A stretch of DNA of 64,000 nt from Candidatus Gottesmanbacteria bacterium RIFCSPLOWO2_01_FULL_43_11b (GTDB lineage: Bacteria; Patescibacteriota; Microgenomatia; UBA10105; UBA927): assembly GCA_001780985.1 (NCBI GenBank), contig MFJV01000001.1:629466-693465 (forward strand), read 5' to 3'. A model generated the notes under the pieces. It saw nothing but the letters and a program-made list of their open reading frames with translations, ran no database searches and was not told where the DNA came from. Every line of letters begins with the position of its first letter. Within the stretch, counting starts at the first letter, position 1. Of the stretch, positions 1-11,661 are shown one piece after another. The position numbers and the translations under genes are program-made.

Positions 1-290
1 GTGACGGCAATGATGGAAGGTTTGATTTTATCAACAACAGCAAAATATTCTTGGTCAGAATGCATTGGAGGAAGTGCAATAACTTCATTAATTATAGAGA
101 GTGATTCAAGCATTTCTTTGCGTTGACTCTGGGAATGAATCGGCCGTGCTTCACCTTTGGTTTTTCGCACGTTTTCATCCGACTCAAGAAGAACAATTAA
201 ATGATCACCGAGTTTTTTTGCTTCCCGAAGGAAGACAATATGACCGTAGTGAATAAAATCAAAACACCCGCCGACCAACACCTTTTTCAT
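1..290 (-). CDS. Cytidylyltransferase-family nucleotidyltransferase (FAD synthase/RfaE-like), 3' end outside window
   Basis: Translated by hand from ATG at 290: MKKVLVGGCFDFIHYGHIVFLREAKKLGDHLIVLLESD, with GxFD and HxGH motifs and a downstream RPI motif. Not in the ORF track because it runs off the edge. Confidence 0.8.
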   Translation of the reverse strand, partial: MKKVLVGGCFDFIHYGHIVFLREAKKLGDHLIVLLESDENVRKTKGEARPIHSQSQRKEMLESLSIINEVIALPPMHSDQEYFAVVDKIKPSIIAV

Positions 291-299
291 AGAGTTTTA

Positions 300-1352
300 T
301 TATCGCATTTTTTTCAGTCTTTCGTTAGGCTTATATTCCCTTCCGACTTTTGCAATGGGTTTGAGCGAATTAAGATTTGCACCAACGCCGACAATATCCA
401 TCGTAGCCGCTCGTACGGAGAATAGTTCTCCAACTCCTACGGCGTCAAATAATTTCATTTTTAGTTTTTTTTCCGCATGCACAAATGCTTCGAGTTTTTG
501 TTTATTCCCAAACCCACTCGAAAGGACGATTTTAATTTGAGAGAATCCGGCTTTATTGAGTTCTTTTCTTAATGCAGTGATACCAGAGACACTAACACCT
601 CGACTAAACTTAGTTCCCTGCATGATATTTTCTCCGGCAGTATCGACGCGGACACCCCAAAGATTTTTTATGGCCTCGGCGCAGGCGAGAGAATCATCAA
701 TTTCTTTATTGCGAAAGTCGACAAGGGCAACTCGAGGTATTCGCTTATCTATCCATTTATCGAACGCACGCGTGCTCGAAACTACCGCCTGGTCCGGGCC
801 AAATTTCCATGCAAAAACGCACTCTAGTGAATGGGGAATAGTGCCGACTGGTTTTTGTCTGGCGACTGCCGCGCCAACTTGCGTGGATGCAGCAGCAGCC
901 CCTCCGCGGAACACCGCTTTCGAAATTTCCGCATCATTTCTATAGTGCCAATGACGAGCGCCGAAATAATAGAGAGGTCTTCCGGACAGAATATTCACAA
1001 GATTTCTCGTTCGTCTTGTTATATCTCTCAAAGATATATCACAATGATCATTTGCTTTTGTGGTTGCAGCACTTATGATTCCGAGGAGAACTGTTTCGAG
1101 CGGGATAATATCTTGAGCGCGGCCTTCCAGCAGAAGCACGGTTTCCATTGATCTGTATTTGTCACCGTCAGAAAGAGCAAATATTTTAAGATCAATAGAG
1201 GTTTCAATAATAGTTAAGGCTTCACGGACGCCAAATATTTTTCCTGGCCTCTTTCGCAAAAAAACTTGCGCGCGTACAAAAGGATTTAAACCTTCTTTTT
1301 CTAAAATATATTTTGACCGTTGGAAATAAATGTCTGTGAATGGTTCGATCAT
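300..1352 (-). CDS. Nicotinate phosphoribosyltransferase-like protein
   Basis: FTDIYF, FGARH, GTIPHS, VRVDT, SSGF and AKVGR motifs. ATG at 1352 overlaps the upstream stop (ATGA). Confidence 0.8.
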   Translation of the reverse strand: MIEPFTDIYFQRSKYILEKEGLNPFVRAQVFLRKRPGKIFGVREALTIIETSIDLKIFALSDGDKYRSMETVLLLEGRAQDIIPLETVLLGIISAATTKANDHCDISLRDITRRTRNLVNILSGRPLYYFGARHWHYRNDAEISKAVFRGGAAAASTQVGAAVARQKPVGTIPHSLECVFAWKFGPDQAVVSSTRAFDKWIDKRIPRVALVDFRNKEIDDSLACAEAIKNLWGVRVDTAGENIMQGTKFSRGVSVSGITALRKELNKAGFSQIKIVLSSGFGNKQKLEAFVHAEKKLKMKLFDAVGVGELFSVRAATMDIVGVGANLNSLKPIAKVGREYKPNERLKKMR

Positions 1353-2716
1353 TGCTGCACTGGACCACGCAAGTATACTGCCTGCCAAGGGCGAAAGTTG
1401 GAGAAAAACGTTTTTTTTGTGAGCGTTTCACCGTTTTTTGTAACTAAATAATCAAACGATGCTTTTGCTCCTTTCGCGGCCCAGTCGACTTGTTTCACCT
1501 CTCCAGGAGCAAGGGTGGGATCATCTTGGTAGAGATCGGGAGGAGCCGGGGTTATATCCCAAACTTTGTGGTTGAGAATTTGAGCGGTTCTCCCGTCACC
1601 CGTACCGTAGAGTTCAAACGTCAACGTTTGTTTTCTGGTATCAGTTTTTGCCTGTATAAGAATATAGTTATTTGTATTATTTGTAAATTTCAAATCATAG
1701 TTTGGTGAATAGACAGTTGCATCAAGACCCGGTTTAAACCCGCCATCTTCGTAAAAATGTACACGGTATGCGTGTGCGTATCGTTCAATAACGGGAAGAC
1801 CGGCAGCCAAAGCAGCACGAAAGAGTGTTGTCGAAACCTGACAAACTCCTCCTCCGTCTCCCAACACTGTTCTGCCGTCTTTAATAATATATGCCGATTG
1901 ATATCCCGTTGCAGCGGAAATATCTCCGACAGTGTCGTTAAATGAAAATACTTCTCCGGGTTTAATAAGGACACCATTAATCCGAGATGCAGCCAAAACT
2001 ATATTGTGGACTCTTCCGGCAATTGAACCGGCGAAGGTGGAATAGCCTTGTCCTATGAGTTCTTTGATGCCGAAGTCATTGACTTCGTCAGTTGTTATAG
2101 AAGGTGCAATTGTGTCAACGACAAGCGGGACGGAAAATATATGGTCTTTGGTTTGGGGTACGGTAGATAGAATTTTTTCAAATTGTTTTTTAGTTTCATC
2201 AATATTAAGACTTCGCCCTTCCCGCGATGGGCGAAACATCGTCACCCGCCCTTGATTAAATTGAAAAAGTGCGTCAGAAACGGGAATATTGATGTCGTCT
2301 TCAAGCAATTCGAGTGTTTCATCCAATACGTTTGAATTCCATCGAAATGAAAGAGAAAGATTGGTTGGTTGCAGGTATTTATGAAAGAGGTCGGAGAAAA
2401 AATATCCTGATCTTCCGACAAGATAGCTTTGGGTTGCCGAAAGAGTCGCATCATATCCTACGTCGAGAAGACTTCCCGAAAGTGATGCTACTTCATTTTC
2501 AAAACGCAATTCAAACACTGCCTTTTGAAATGGTTCATTCTGATTTTGCCAATAGGAGATAATTTCTTGTCGCGTTTTTCCTTCAAAAAGTTTTCCATTA
2601 ATCGAAACACCCGGATATGCCTTTCCCCTATAGTGAGTTTCGAAGGTTATTGACGCAAAAAGTACGACTGAAAAAATAAGAAGAGTTACTATAAGAACAT
2701 TTTTTTTATGCGTCAT
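1349..2716 (-). CDS. VanW-family protein with peptidoglycan-binding (PG_binding_4-like) domain
   Basis: GGGVCQVSTTLF and GLDAT motifs, N-terminal TM. Start MTHKK at 2716; the longer ORF is antisense to the Pro-rich gene. Confidence 0.85.
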   Translation of the reverse strand: MTHKKNVLIVTLLIFSVVLFASITFETHYRGKAYPGVSINGKLFEGKTRQEIISYWQNQNEPFQKAVFELRFENEVASLSGSLLDVGYDATLSATQSYLVGRSGYFFSDLFHKYLQPTNLSLSFRWNSNVLDETLELLEDDINIPVSDALFQFNQGRVTMFRPSREGRSLNIDETKKQFEKILSTVPQTKDHIFSVPLVVDTIAPSITTDEVNDFGIKELIGQGYSTFAGSIAGRVHNIVLAASRINGVLIKPGEVFSFNDTVGDISAATGYQSAYIIKDGRTVLGDGGGVCQVSTTLFRAALAAGLPVIERYAHAYRVHFYEDGGFKPGLDATVYSPNYDLKFTNNTNNYILIQAKTDTRKQTLTFELYGTGDGRTAQILNHKVWDITPAPPDLYQDDPTLAPGEVKQVDWAAKGAKASFDYLVTKNGETLTKKTFFSNFRPWQAVYLRGPVQQ

Positions 2717-2744
2717 GGTATGATAATTATATACGGAATAATCT

Positions 2745-4208
2745 ATGGAAACACCATCAACTACACCGACGGTAGATTTACCACCGACACCTCCACAACC
2801 GCCTCCCCCCCCTGTTGAAACAGTGGTTGTTCCTGCCTCACCACCACCTAATCCAACATTCCCGAATCCTACGCCTACCTCTCCTGCTCCTTCGGGCAAT
2901 CCATTCGGCAAGATTCTCAAACTTACCATCGTTTTAGTGGTTCTCACTGCACTTTTTTTCGGTGGAAAATTTGCCTGGGAGACATTTAGCGCAAGTAAAG
3001 AGGTAACAATAACATACTGGGGCCTTTGGGAAAATGACGCCAACGTCAGAAATTTAATTGCTGATTTTGAATCCAGTAATCCCAAAATAAAAGTTCAATA
3101 TACAAAACAATCTCCTAAGCAATATCGTGAACGACTTCAGGCAGCAATTGCCCGAGGTGAAGGACCTGATGTTTTCCGTTTTCACAACACCTGGGTAGTC
3201 ATGCTTGCGCGGGATCTTTCCCGAGTTCCGCCTACCATAATGACCGAGACTGAATTCTCGTCCTCTTTTTATCCCGTGGCAACAGGAGATCTTGTTTCCG
3301 GCAGCACCATTTATGGTATTCCGCTCATGTTCGACGGCTTGGCGCTTTATTATAACGAGGATTTACTCTCGACTGCCGGAGTCAGTGTTCCGACCACATG
3401 GAACGATGTTCTTGATATGGTCCCGAAACTTACGGTCAAAGGCGAAGAGGGAATCGTCACAAGCGCTATTGCATTGGGAACTACAGGTAACGTTGAGCAT
3501 TTTAGCGATATTTTAGCTACCATGATTATGCAAAACGGAGCAAAACTCACTAATCTCACGACTAAAGAAGCACAGGAAGCGCTTATTTTCTACCATAAAT
3601 TTGCTGATCCTTCCGACCCGGTCTATACATGGGATGAATCACTCGATAATTCTATTTCAGCATTCGCAAACGGAAGAGTAGCGATGATTCTGGCTCCTTC
3701 TTGGCGTGTTTTTGACATTAAACAAATAAACCCAAGTCTTCGGTTTCAGACTGCTCCAATTCCACAACTTCCGGGGAATACGATCACATGGGCCTCCTAC
3801 TGGGTTGAGGGTGTGTCGGCAAAGAGTAAATTCCAAGAACAAGCCTGGCAGTTCGTCAAATATTTGACAAGCCGTGAAACAGCAACAAAACTCTACACAG
3901 AAATATCAACAAGTCGGCTTTTTGGTGAACCATACGCCCGGGTTGATCTCGGAACAAGTCTTACAGCAGATCCGCTAGTCGGTGCATACATTAAACAAGC
4001 TGCGACAGCCAAATCATTCCCATTGGCATCCCGCACTTTTGACAATGGTATCAATGATAAATTAATCAAATACCTTGAAGATGCTGTCAACAGTGTGTTA
4101 TCCGGTAATTCTCCCCAAAAAGCACTCGAAACCGCTCAATCCGGATTTACACAAGTGTTGTCTAGCTACGGACTTTCTTCTGCCTCGACTGCTCCCTCAT
4201 CGCAATGA
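2745..4208 (+). CDS. Extracellular sugar ABC-type solute-binding protein with Pro-rich N-terminus and membrane anchor
   Basis: GPDVF, YGIPL, LYYNEDL and FANGRVAM motifs of the SBP_bac_1/8 family. Confidence 0.85.
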   Translation: METPSTTPTVDLPPTPPQPPPPPVETVVVPASPPPNPTFPNPTPTSPAPSGNPFGKILKLTIVLVVLTALFFGGKFAWETFSASKEVTITYWGLWENDANVRNLIADFESSNPKIKVQYTKQSPKQYRERLQAAIARGEGPDVFRFHNTWVVMLARDLSRVPPTIMTETEFSSSFYPVATGDLVSGSTIYGIPLMFDGLALYYNEDLLSTAGVSVPTTWNDVLDMVPKLTVKGEEGIVTSAIALGTTGNVEHFSDILATMIMQNGAKLTNLTTKEAQEALIFYHKFADPSDPVYTWDESLDNSISAFANGRVAMILAPSWRVFDIKQINPSLRFQTAPIPQLPGNTITWASYWVEGVSAKSKFQEQAWQFVKYLTSRETATKLYTEISTSRLFGEPYARVDLGTSLTADPLVGAYIKQAATAKSFPLASRTFDNGINDKLIKYLEDAVNSVLSGNSPQKALETAQSGFTQVLSSYGLSSASTAPSSQ

Positions 4209-5041
4209 ATCTGACATTACTTTATGCGGATATTTTTGACTGGCCACTTTCAAAGGAAGAACTTTTTTTTTGGAAAATAAATTTTCCTGCACGGATTGCA
4301 AGCGTAATGGACAATGGTTTTTATGTGCTTCCTCGGAGACAGAAACTTGTGCAAATTCGTAAAAAAAAGGAATTCTACGCAGTGAAAAAATGGGAAATTG
4401 CACGCAGGGTGGCAGTATGGATGCGATGGATTCCTACGATTACTCTCGTGGGTGTGACCGGAGGGTTAGCAAGAAATAACGTGAATCAAAACGATGACAT
4501 CGACCTATTTTGTATAACCAAACCCGGGACACTATGGATAAGTAGACTTATGGCAATTATCATAGTTGAACTTCTCGGAATGCGAAGGCGACCTACCGAT
4601 ACAGATGTTACAAATAAAATTTGTCTCAATATGTTCATGAGTGAAGACGCATTATCAGTTAAGAAAAACGAACAAGATCTCTTTACGGCATATGAAGTTT
4701 TGCAAATGATACCGTTATGGGAAAAAGAAGGAGCGTATAAAAAATTTCTCGATGCAAATAGATGGTCCGCAGGATTTTTACCACATGCATGGAAGGGGCG
4801 AGTCAAAGATCAAGGGTCATGGGTAAAAAGTACTATGCAAGGGTCACTATTTACAGTTTTTGAACCTTTGGCAAAAACTATACAACTTTGGTATATGAGA
4901 AAGCGTAGGACAACAGAAGTCATTACTCCGGGAAATCTCCGTTTTCACCCCCATGATGCACGAATTTGGGTAAAAAGAGAGTTTGCTAAGCGACTTTCCC
5001 GCTATAATCTCCCCCTTGACAAGATTTTTTACGGCGGTTAA
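4205..5041 (+). CDS. Pol-beta-superfamily nucleotidyltransferase-domain protein
   Basis: TGGLA...DDIDLF (GS/DxD-type) motif. Confidence 0.6.
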   Translation: MNLTLLYADIFDWPLSKEELFFWKINFPARIASVMDNGFYVLPRRQKLVQIRKKKEFYAVKKWEIARRVAVWMRWIPTITLVGVTGGLARNNVNQNDDIDLFCITKPGTLWISRLMAIIIVELLGMRRRPTDTDVTNKICLNMFMSEDALSVKKNEQDLFTAYEVLQMIPLWEKEGAYKKFLDANRWSAGFLPHAWKGRVKDQGSWVKSTMQGSLFTVFEPLAKTIQLWYMRKRRTTEVITPGNLRFHPHDARIWVKREFAKRLSRYNLPLDKIFYGG

Positions 5042-5069
5042 AATAGCAGTCATTCCTTAAGACTGCCAA
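5016..5069 (+). promoter_or_regulatory. Sigma70 promoter plus CIRCE-like operator of groESL
   Basis: TTGACA (5016-21), 17 nt, TAAAAT (5039-44). ATAGCAGTC-N9-GACTGCCAA at 5043-5069 resembles CIRCE TTAGCACTC-N9-GAGTGCTAA. Confidence 0.8.
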
Positions 5070-5079
5070 AATAGAATAT

Positions 5080-7018
<1,939 letters not shown>

Positions 7019-7036
7019 GGATGGTATAATGCGGTC

Positions 7037-7666
7037 ATGCCTGATGATCCGCTTAAGTCCTCGGCAATAGTCTATAACTCAATTGCGTTAACATACGCAC
7101 GACAGATAGAAGAATATGCTCCTGTGCCAGAACGAGATGAATTCATTTCTGTGCTTCCAAGCCAAGGGAAGATTTTAGACGTCGGGTGTGCGGCAGGCAG
7201 AGACAGCGGATATTTTTCCTCAAAAGGATTTTCAGTTGTAGGGGTAGATTTATCAGGAAAACTTCTTGAAATTGCACGAAAAAAATTTCCACATATAGAT
7301 TTTTTTAAACAGGATTTTCGCTCGCATGATTTTCCGAAAGAATCTTTTAACGGAATTTGGGCATGTGCATCACTTTTGCACCTTAAAAGAACAGAAATTC
7401 CGGCGGTTCTCCGTCAATTTTTCGCTCTTCTTAAACCCAAGGGCATTTTATATATCCAAGTAAAAGAAGGAAAAGGAGAAAAAGACGTTGTTGATATATT
7501 ATCATCCGGTCAATCCCGCCACTTTACCTTTTTTGAGATAGGTGAACTAAAACAGTTTTTAGAAGAAGCGGGATTTCGTGTTGAGAAAATCTATGTCTTT
7601 AATGAAAAGGAACGAACGAGAGGACACCGAGACCTGCTTTGGATCAGTAGCTTTTCAAAGAAATAA
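7037..7666 (+). CDS. Class I SAM-dependent methyltransferase
   Basis: ILDVGCAAGRD and GIWACASLLH motifs. Confidence 0.88.
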   Translation: MPDDPLKSSAIVYNSIALTYARQIEEYAPVPERDEFISVLPSQGKILDVGCAAGRDSGYFSSKGFSVVGVDLSGKLLEIARKKFPHIDFFKQDFRSHDFPKESFNGIWACASLLHLKRTEIPAVLRQFFALLKPKGILYIQVKEGKGEKDVVDILSSGQSRHFTFFEIGELKQFLEEAGFRVEKIYVFNEKERTRGHRDLLWISSFSKK

Positions 7667-7717
7667 TTCTATTTTGCTAATATTAACATGGTAACTCGTT
7701 GATATGAAGCAAGGTCG

Positions 7718-8293
7718 TTATTTTATCGTGAGCGCGGGGAGGACTTCGAGGGGATTAATCGGGACATCGTCTTGGTAGATTTCAAGGTGGAGGTGGTAGC
7801 CGGTTGCCCAGCCAGTTGCGCCAACGGTTCCTAAAGACGTTGCCTTGGATACTTCCTGTCCTGGGGTTACGGCAATTTTTGATAGGTGAGCATAGAGCGA
7901 TTTAATTCCACGCTCATGGGTAACCAAGAGATGATTCCCGTATCCCACAGATTGGTTTTGCGTCCAGGAGACGGTTCCTGCGGCAACGGGGAACAGTGGA
8001 GCGCCTAGAGGGGCCGTCAAATCTATTCCCGGGTGCCCTAGAGAGAATCGTGACGTGAGGCCAAATTTACTCATCGGCCATTGAAAGAAAGCATCAGTTG
8101 CTGACATTTCTATGGTTGTTTCTTGGGTCGCGAGGGTTACTTCGAGAGTATAAGCTATATCATTTGCTTGAGGAATGATAATTGCAGAAAAGAAAGTAAA
8201 TCCGGCCAAATTCACTCCAATAATCTGCAGCACATTGAGCCGCTCAATTTTTTTGCGGATGGTGAGGCTGAATTTGTGGAAGTGATGAAGCAT
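7718..8293 (-). CDS. M23-family metallopeptidase
   Basis: HPGID, YAHL and HLH motifs, N-terminal TM. Start MLHH at 8293 is my choice. Confidence 0.85.
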   Translation of the reverse strand: MLHHFHKFSLTIRKKIERLNVLQIIGVNLAGFTFFSAIIIPQANDIAYTLEVTLATQETTIEMSATDAFFQWPMSKFGLTSRFSLGHPGIDLTAPLGAPLFPVAAGTVSWTQNQSVGYGNHLLVTHERGIKSLYAHLSKIAVTPGQEVSKATSLGTVGATGWATGYHLHLEIYQDDVPINPLEVLPALTIK

Positions 8294-8308
8294 ATTTGCC
8301 CTCAGACC

Positions 8309-8373
8309 AAAAACCACTCCGAAGACAGGAGTGGCAAGAGTTAGATCCTATCAAAAACTAAGGCGGTAGTCAA
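8309..8373 (-). promoter_or_regulatory. Sigma70 promoter and 5' hairpin with U-tract
   Basis: TTGACT-17-TAGGAT on the minus strand, then CCACTCC-7-GGAGTGG followed by TTTTT. Confidence 0.6.
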
Positions 8374-8404
8374 ATTTGGAGCGTTATGTTATGATCGAAT
8401 TCCT

Positions 8405-9292
8405 ATGGGGCGCAAATTGGCTGTTCTAGCACTTCTCGTTGTCTTCGTGGCGCTTATTTTTGGTGCTATACGTTTTTTTATGAATCGATCCCCACGCCTT
8501 GGTGAACTTCGCGTTGACAGTTCTCCAACGGTAAGTATTTCACTGGATAATAATCATTTAGGGAGAAGTCCATTTCAAGACAAAGTACAGGCGGGTGAAT
8601 ACACTATAAAGCTAACACCTGAGTCTACAATAGACCAACTCGCAAGTTGGCAGGGGAAAATTTCCGTCGGGCAAAACCTCCTAACCTACGTTAATGCAAA
8701 TATTGCAGAATCGGAGTTAACAACAGCAGTGGACCTTCTTTGGCTTGAAAAAATATCAAGCAAAAATACGGAACTTTCTCTTACCACAAATCCTGATGGT
8801 GCGACGGTTCTGGTTGATAACGAGACAAGGGGGGTGTCGCCGCTCACCCTAAGCGACATTACCCCAGGCGACCACACGCTTTCGGTGACAAGTCCGGGTT
8901 TTGCGCCGCGTAATTTAAAAATTAAAACGACAGCAGGGTACAAACTCATCGTGTCGATGAAGCTTGCGTTAAGCTCCAATATCTCACCAACACCGGAGGC
9001 GACCAGTTCTCCGACACCATCGGTTAGTGTAACGCCGACATTAAAAATTACCCCAACAAAAGCCGCCACCTCATCTGCTGATCCTGCAAAACCTTTTGCC
9101 ATTATTAAAGATACGCCAACTGGATTTTTACGTGTTCGCATGGAGCCGTCAACAGCAGCAACTGAGGCGGCGCGGGTTAACCCCGGTGAAAAATATCACA
9201 TCTATGATGAAAAGAGCGGGTGGTACAAAATCCAATACGAAGGAACCAGTAAAGGTTGGATCTCCGGTCAATACGCTGAAAAAGTTGAGTAG
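8405..9292 (+). CDS. PEGA-domain and C-terminal SH3b-domain membrane protein
   Basis: TNPDGATVLVD..RGVSPL (PEGA); LRVR..PS...GWYKI..GWIS (SH3); Pro/Thr linker. Confidence 0.8.
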   Translation: MGRKLAVLALLVVFVALIFGAIRFFMNRSPRLGELRVDSSPTVSISLDNNHLGRSPFQDKVQAGEYTIKLTPESTIDQLASWQGKISVGQNLLTYVNANIAESELTTAVDLLWLEKISSKNTELSLTTNPDGATVLVDNETRGVSPLTLSDITPGDHTLSVTSPGFAPRNLKIKTTAGYKLIVSMKLALSSNISPTPEATSSPTPSVSVTPTLKITPTKAATSSADPAKPFAIIKDTPTGFLRVRMEPSTAATEAARVNPGEKYHIYDEKSGWYKIQYEGTSKGWISGQYAEKVE

Positions 9293-9295
9293 AAG

Positions 9296-10234
9296 TTATC
9301 CTCCGATTCCGTAGACTACGACGAAGACACTAGCAACCCACAGAATAACGGTTGATAACAGAGGAAAGTCAGATGTGAGGATTTGTTCGGGCGATTCACC
9401 CTTTCCTTCATAGATAAGCTGCATGTAGCGCATGATCCCAAAAAGCACAAACGGAATCGTGATCATCATCCATTTGCGTTCAGGAAGTTCCGGTGCAAAA
9501 TCCATATAGTTGCGAAAGAAGAATCCCTCTGTGACCGGTCGGGCGAGAAACGTAAAGTAAGAATACGTAATGAAGGTTGAATTGGCAAACATAGCAGTAT
9601 AGGTATCGAGAAGTTTTTCCGAATAGTGAGTGAGGCTCGCGCGTGTATCTTTTGGTACAACTTCATTATAACTTTGGAGAAGTGTAAGTTCTGCCCGTCG
9701 TTTTCCGATCGCAAGAAAAAGCGCTAAAGAGAGGGCTGCCATCGCAAGCCAAATAGAAATATGGTATCCCGTTGCCGCTTCCCCTGCATAGACGCGTAAA
9801 AAATACGCTGTTGTTATGGTGAGAATATCAACAACTGAGACATGCTTAAGAATCAGCGAATAGGAGTATTGAATGAGTATAAAAACCACGGAAAGAATAA
9901 AAAACGATCTGCCGAGAGTAAAACTTATAGCCATTCCACCAAGTAAGAAGATAAACGCGAGTGAAAAAGCAAGCCATACAGGCACCTTTCTACTTGCTAT
10001 CGGGCGAAATTTTTTGAATGGATGTTTACGATCACGTGGTGCATCAAGAATATCATTAAAAAGATAGTTGCTCGAGGAAAGTAAACAAAACGCAATAAAA
10101 GCCCATGCGGTTGCGGTGAATGCGGGAAGGTAAAAAAATTGCCCGCTAAAAAGAAGGACAGTGAAGAGTGCAAGATTTTTTAACCACTGTCTGGGTCTTG
10201 CGGCTTTGATAATTGCGTAAAGAAGTTGACCCAT
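9296..10234 (-). CDS. UbiA-family prenyltransferase (decaprenyl-phosphate phosphoribosyltransferase-like)
   Basis: RPRQWLKN, YLFNDILD...DRKHPFKKFRPIAS and KRRAEL motifs. Confidence 0.85.
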   Translation of the reverse strand: MGQLLYAIIKAARPRQWLKNLALFTVLLFSGQFFYLPAFTATAWAFIAFCLLSSSNYLFNDILDAPRDRKHPFKKFRPIASRKVPVWLAFSLAFIFLLGGMAISFTLGRSFFILSVVFILIQYSYSLILKHVSVVDILTITTAYFLRVYAGEAATGYHISIWLAMAALSLALFLAIGKRRAELTLLQSYNEVVPKDTRASLTHYSEKLLDTYTAMFANSTFITYSYFTFLARPVTEGFFFRNYMDFAPELPERKWMMITIPFVLFGIMRYMQLIYEGKGESPEQILTSDFPLLSTVILWVASVFVVVYGIGG

Positions 10235-11262
10235 ATGAGAAACATGCCAACAAGTACCGCCAACAGAAGTAGCGTAAATACTTTTTGTTGGCTGGTAACC
10301 GACAGAGCGATCCACCCCAGTATAGCCGACACCCCCCAGTAAAACAAGGCAATTCGTCGTTTTCCCCACCCCAGATTTAGAAGTCGATGGTGGAGATGTC
10401 CTCTGTCAGCAGCAACGAGAGAACGGCCTTTTCCCATACGACGAATCAGAGTATAGGCGGCATCCATCATGGGAACGCCAAGGACCAAAAGTGCGGTTCC
10501 AAGTTTTCCAAAAGACAGTATGCCCAAAAGTGCCAGTAAAAATCCTGCAAGAGTTTTTCCTCCATAGCCAGGCATTATTTTTTGCGGGTAGACATTCCAT
10601 GGGAGAAATCCTAAGAATGCACCACTTACGATGAACGCAAATGTCGTAACCCATACCTGATTTGGATCAATAGTACTGTAGCGAAGAGAGAGAAGTCCCA
10701 AAACAAACGCAGAAATTGCAACGAAGCCAGGCATCTGGCCATCAACCCCCGCAGACCATCCAATAATATTCATCGTCCACATAATCCAAAGGAAGGCAAA
10801 AAGATCTGCCCAGATAAGTACGGAGTGAGGACCAAAAAACATGAAGGTAACTCTCCACGTATCAAGATGAATAAGTGTTCCGGTGAAAGGATTTGTTAAA
10901 TACGGAATGCCAGCACCGGCACCGATGGCAACAATCGCTGCCAAAGCATTTGTTGCCAAACGAACCATCGGATTGACATCCTTTTTATCGTCAAAGAGAC
11001 CGACAACTATAAGGACAGTTGCTCCCGCAAGGATACCGATCATGAGTTTTGTCATTGGGATAAAGAAAAGAAGTGAAAGAGCAATGGCAATATAGAGCGC
11101 TAAGCCTCCGGCACGAGGGATGATGCCATGGTGCGTATGGGCAGGGTGGTAACGGGTTTTTGGGTCATCAACCAAACCAAATCGACGAGCCATGGGAATG
11201 ATAACAGGAGTGATAAGAAATGTGAGGAGCGAGGCTATGACAAGCGGGAAAGTTAAATTCAT
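10180..11262 (-). CDS. MraY/WecA/TagO-family polyprenyl-phosphate GlcNAc-1-P transferase
   Basis: PRAGG, GLFDD and DRGHLHHRL motifs; polytopic membrane protein. Confidence 0.88.
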   Translation of the reverse strand: MNLTFPLVIASLLTFLITPVIIPMARRFGLVDDPKTRYHPAHTHHGIIPRAGGLALYIAIALSLLFFIPMTKLMIGILAGATVLIVVGLFDDKKDVNPMVRLATNALAAIVAIGAGAGIPYLTNPFTGTLIHLDTWRVTFMFFGPHSVLIWADLFAFLWIMWTMNIIGWSAGVDGQMPGFVAISAFVLGLLSLRYSTIDPNQVWVTTFAFIVSGAFLGFLPWNVYPQKIMPGYGGKTLAGFLLALLGILSFGKLGTALLVLGVPMMDAAYTLIRRMGKGRSLVAADRGHLHHRLLNLGWGKRRIALFYWGVSAILGWIALSVTSQQKVFTLLLLAVLVGMFLIWVNFFTQLSKPQDPDSG

Positions 11263-11268
11263 ATAGGT

Positions 11269-11661
11269 TTAGCTCACCAAAAAAAGAATATTACAGAGTG
11301 TGATGAAAGAAAGGACGCTCACGACAAGCGAAGTGAGCGCAAGCGTTTGAGTGAAAATAAGATACTCCCTCGTAATTGAGGTTGCAATGACAACATTGAT
11401 GATATACCAGACTACGGATCCGAGAGGGAGTAAAAATAACCACAAAGGATTTCCGAGTTGATCAGCACCCCACGGACGTGAGTAAAAAATCGGTACCTCC
11501 GGCGGAAGGGTTCTCCACTTCACAAGAAGAATCGCAAGAGATGCAATGAAGAATACGAGAATCATTCTGTTGACCAAAGCAATAATCCAATTTGTAGAAA
11601 GGATTCGCCAGGTACGGTAGCTCGAAGAAGCTGCTTGCGATATGAGTATCGGTACGTTCAT
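11269..11661 (-). CDS. Small membrane protein (DUF1648-like)
   Basis: LPPEVPIFYS.PWG motif, three TM segments. Confidence 0.55.
   Translation of the reverse strand: MNVPILISQAASSSYRTWRILSTNWIIALVNRMILVFFIASLAILLVKWRTLPPEVPIFYSRPWGADQLGNPLWLFLLPLGSVVWYIINVVIATSITREYLIFTQTLALTSLVVSVLSFITLCNILFLVS

Noticed and set aside
2717-3085. Gly-rich N-terminal extension of the VanW ORF
   Set aside because: It is the antisense reading of the Pro-rich start of the solute-binding gene. MTHKK at 2716 has its own -10 box.
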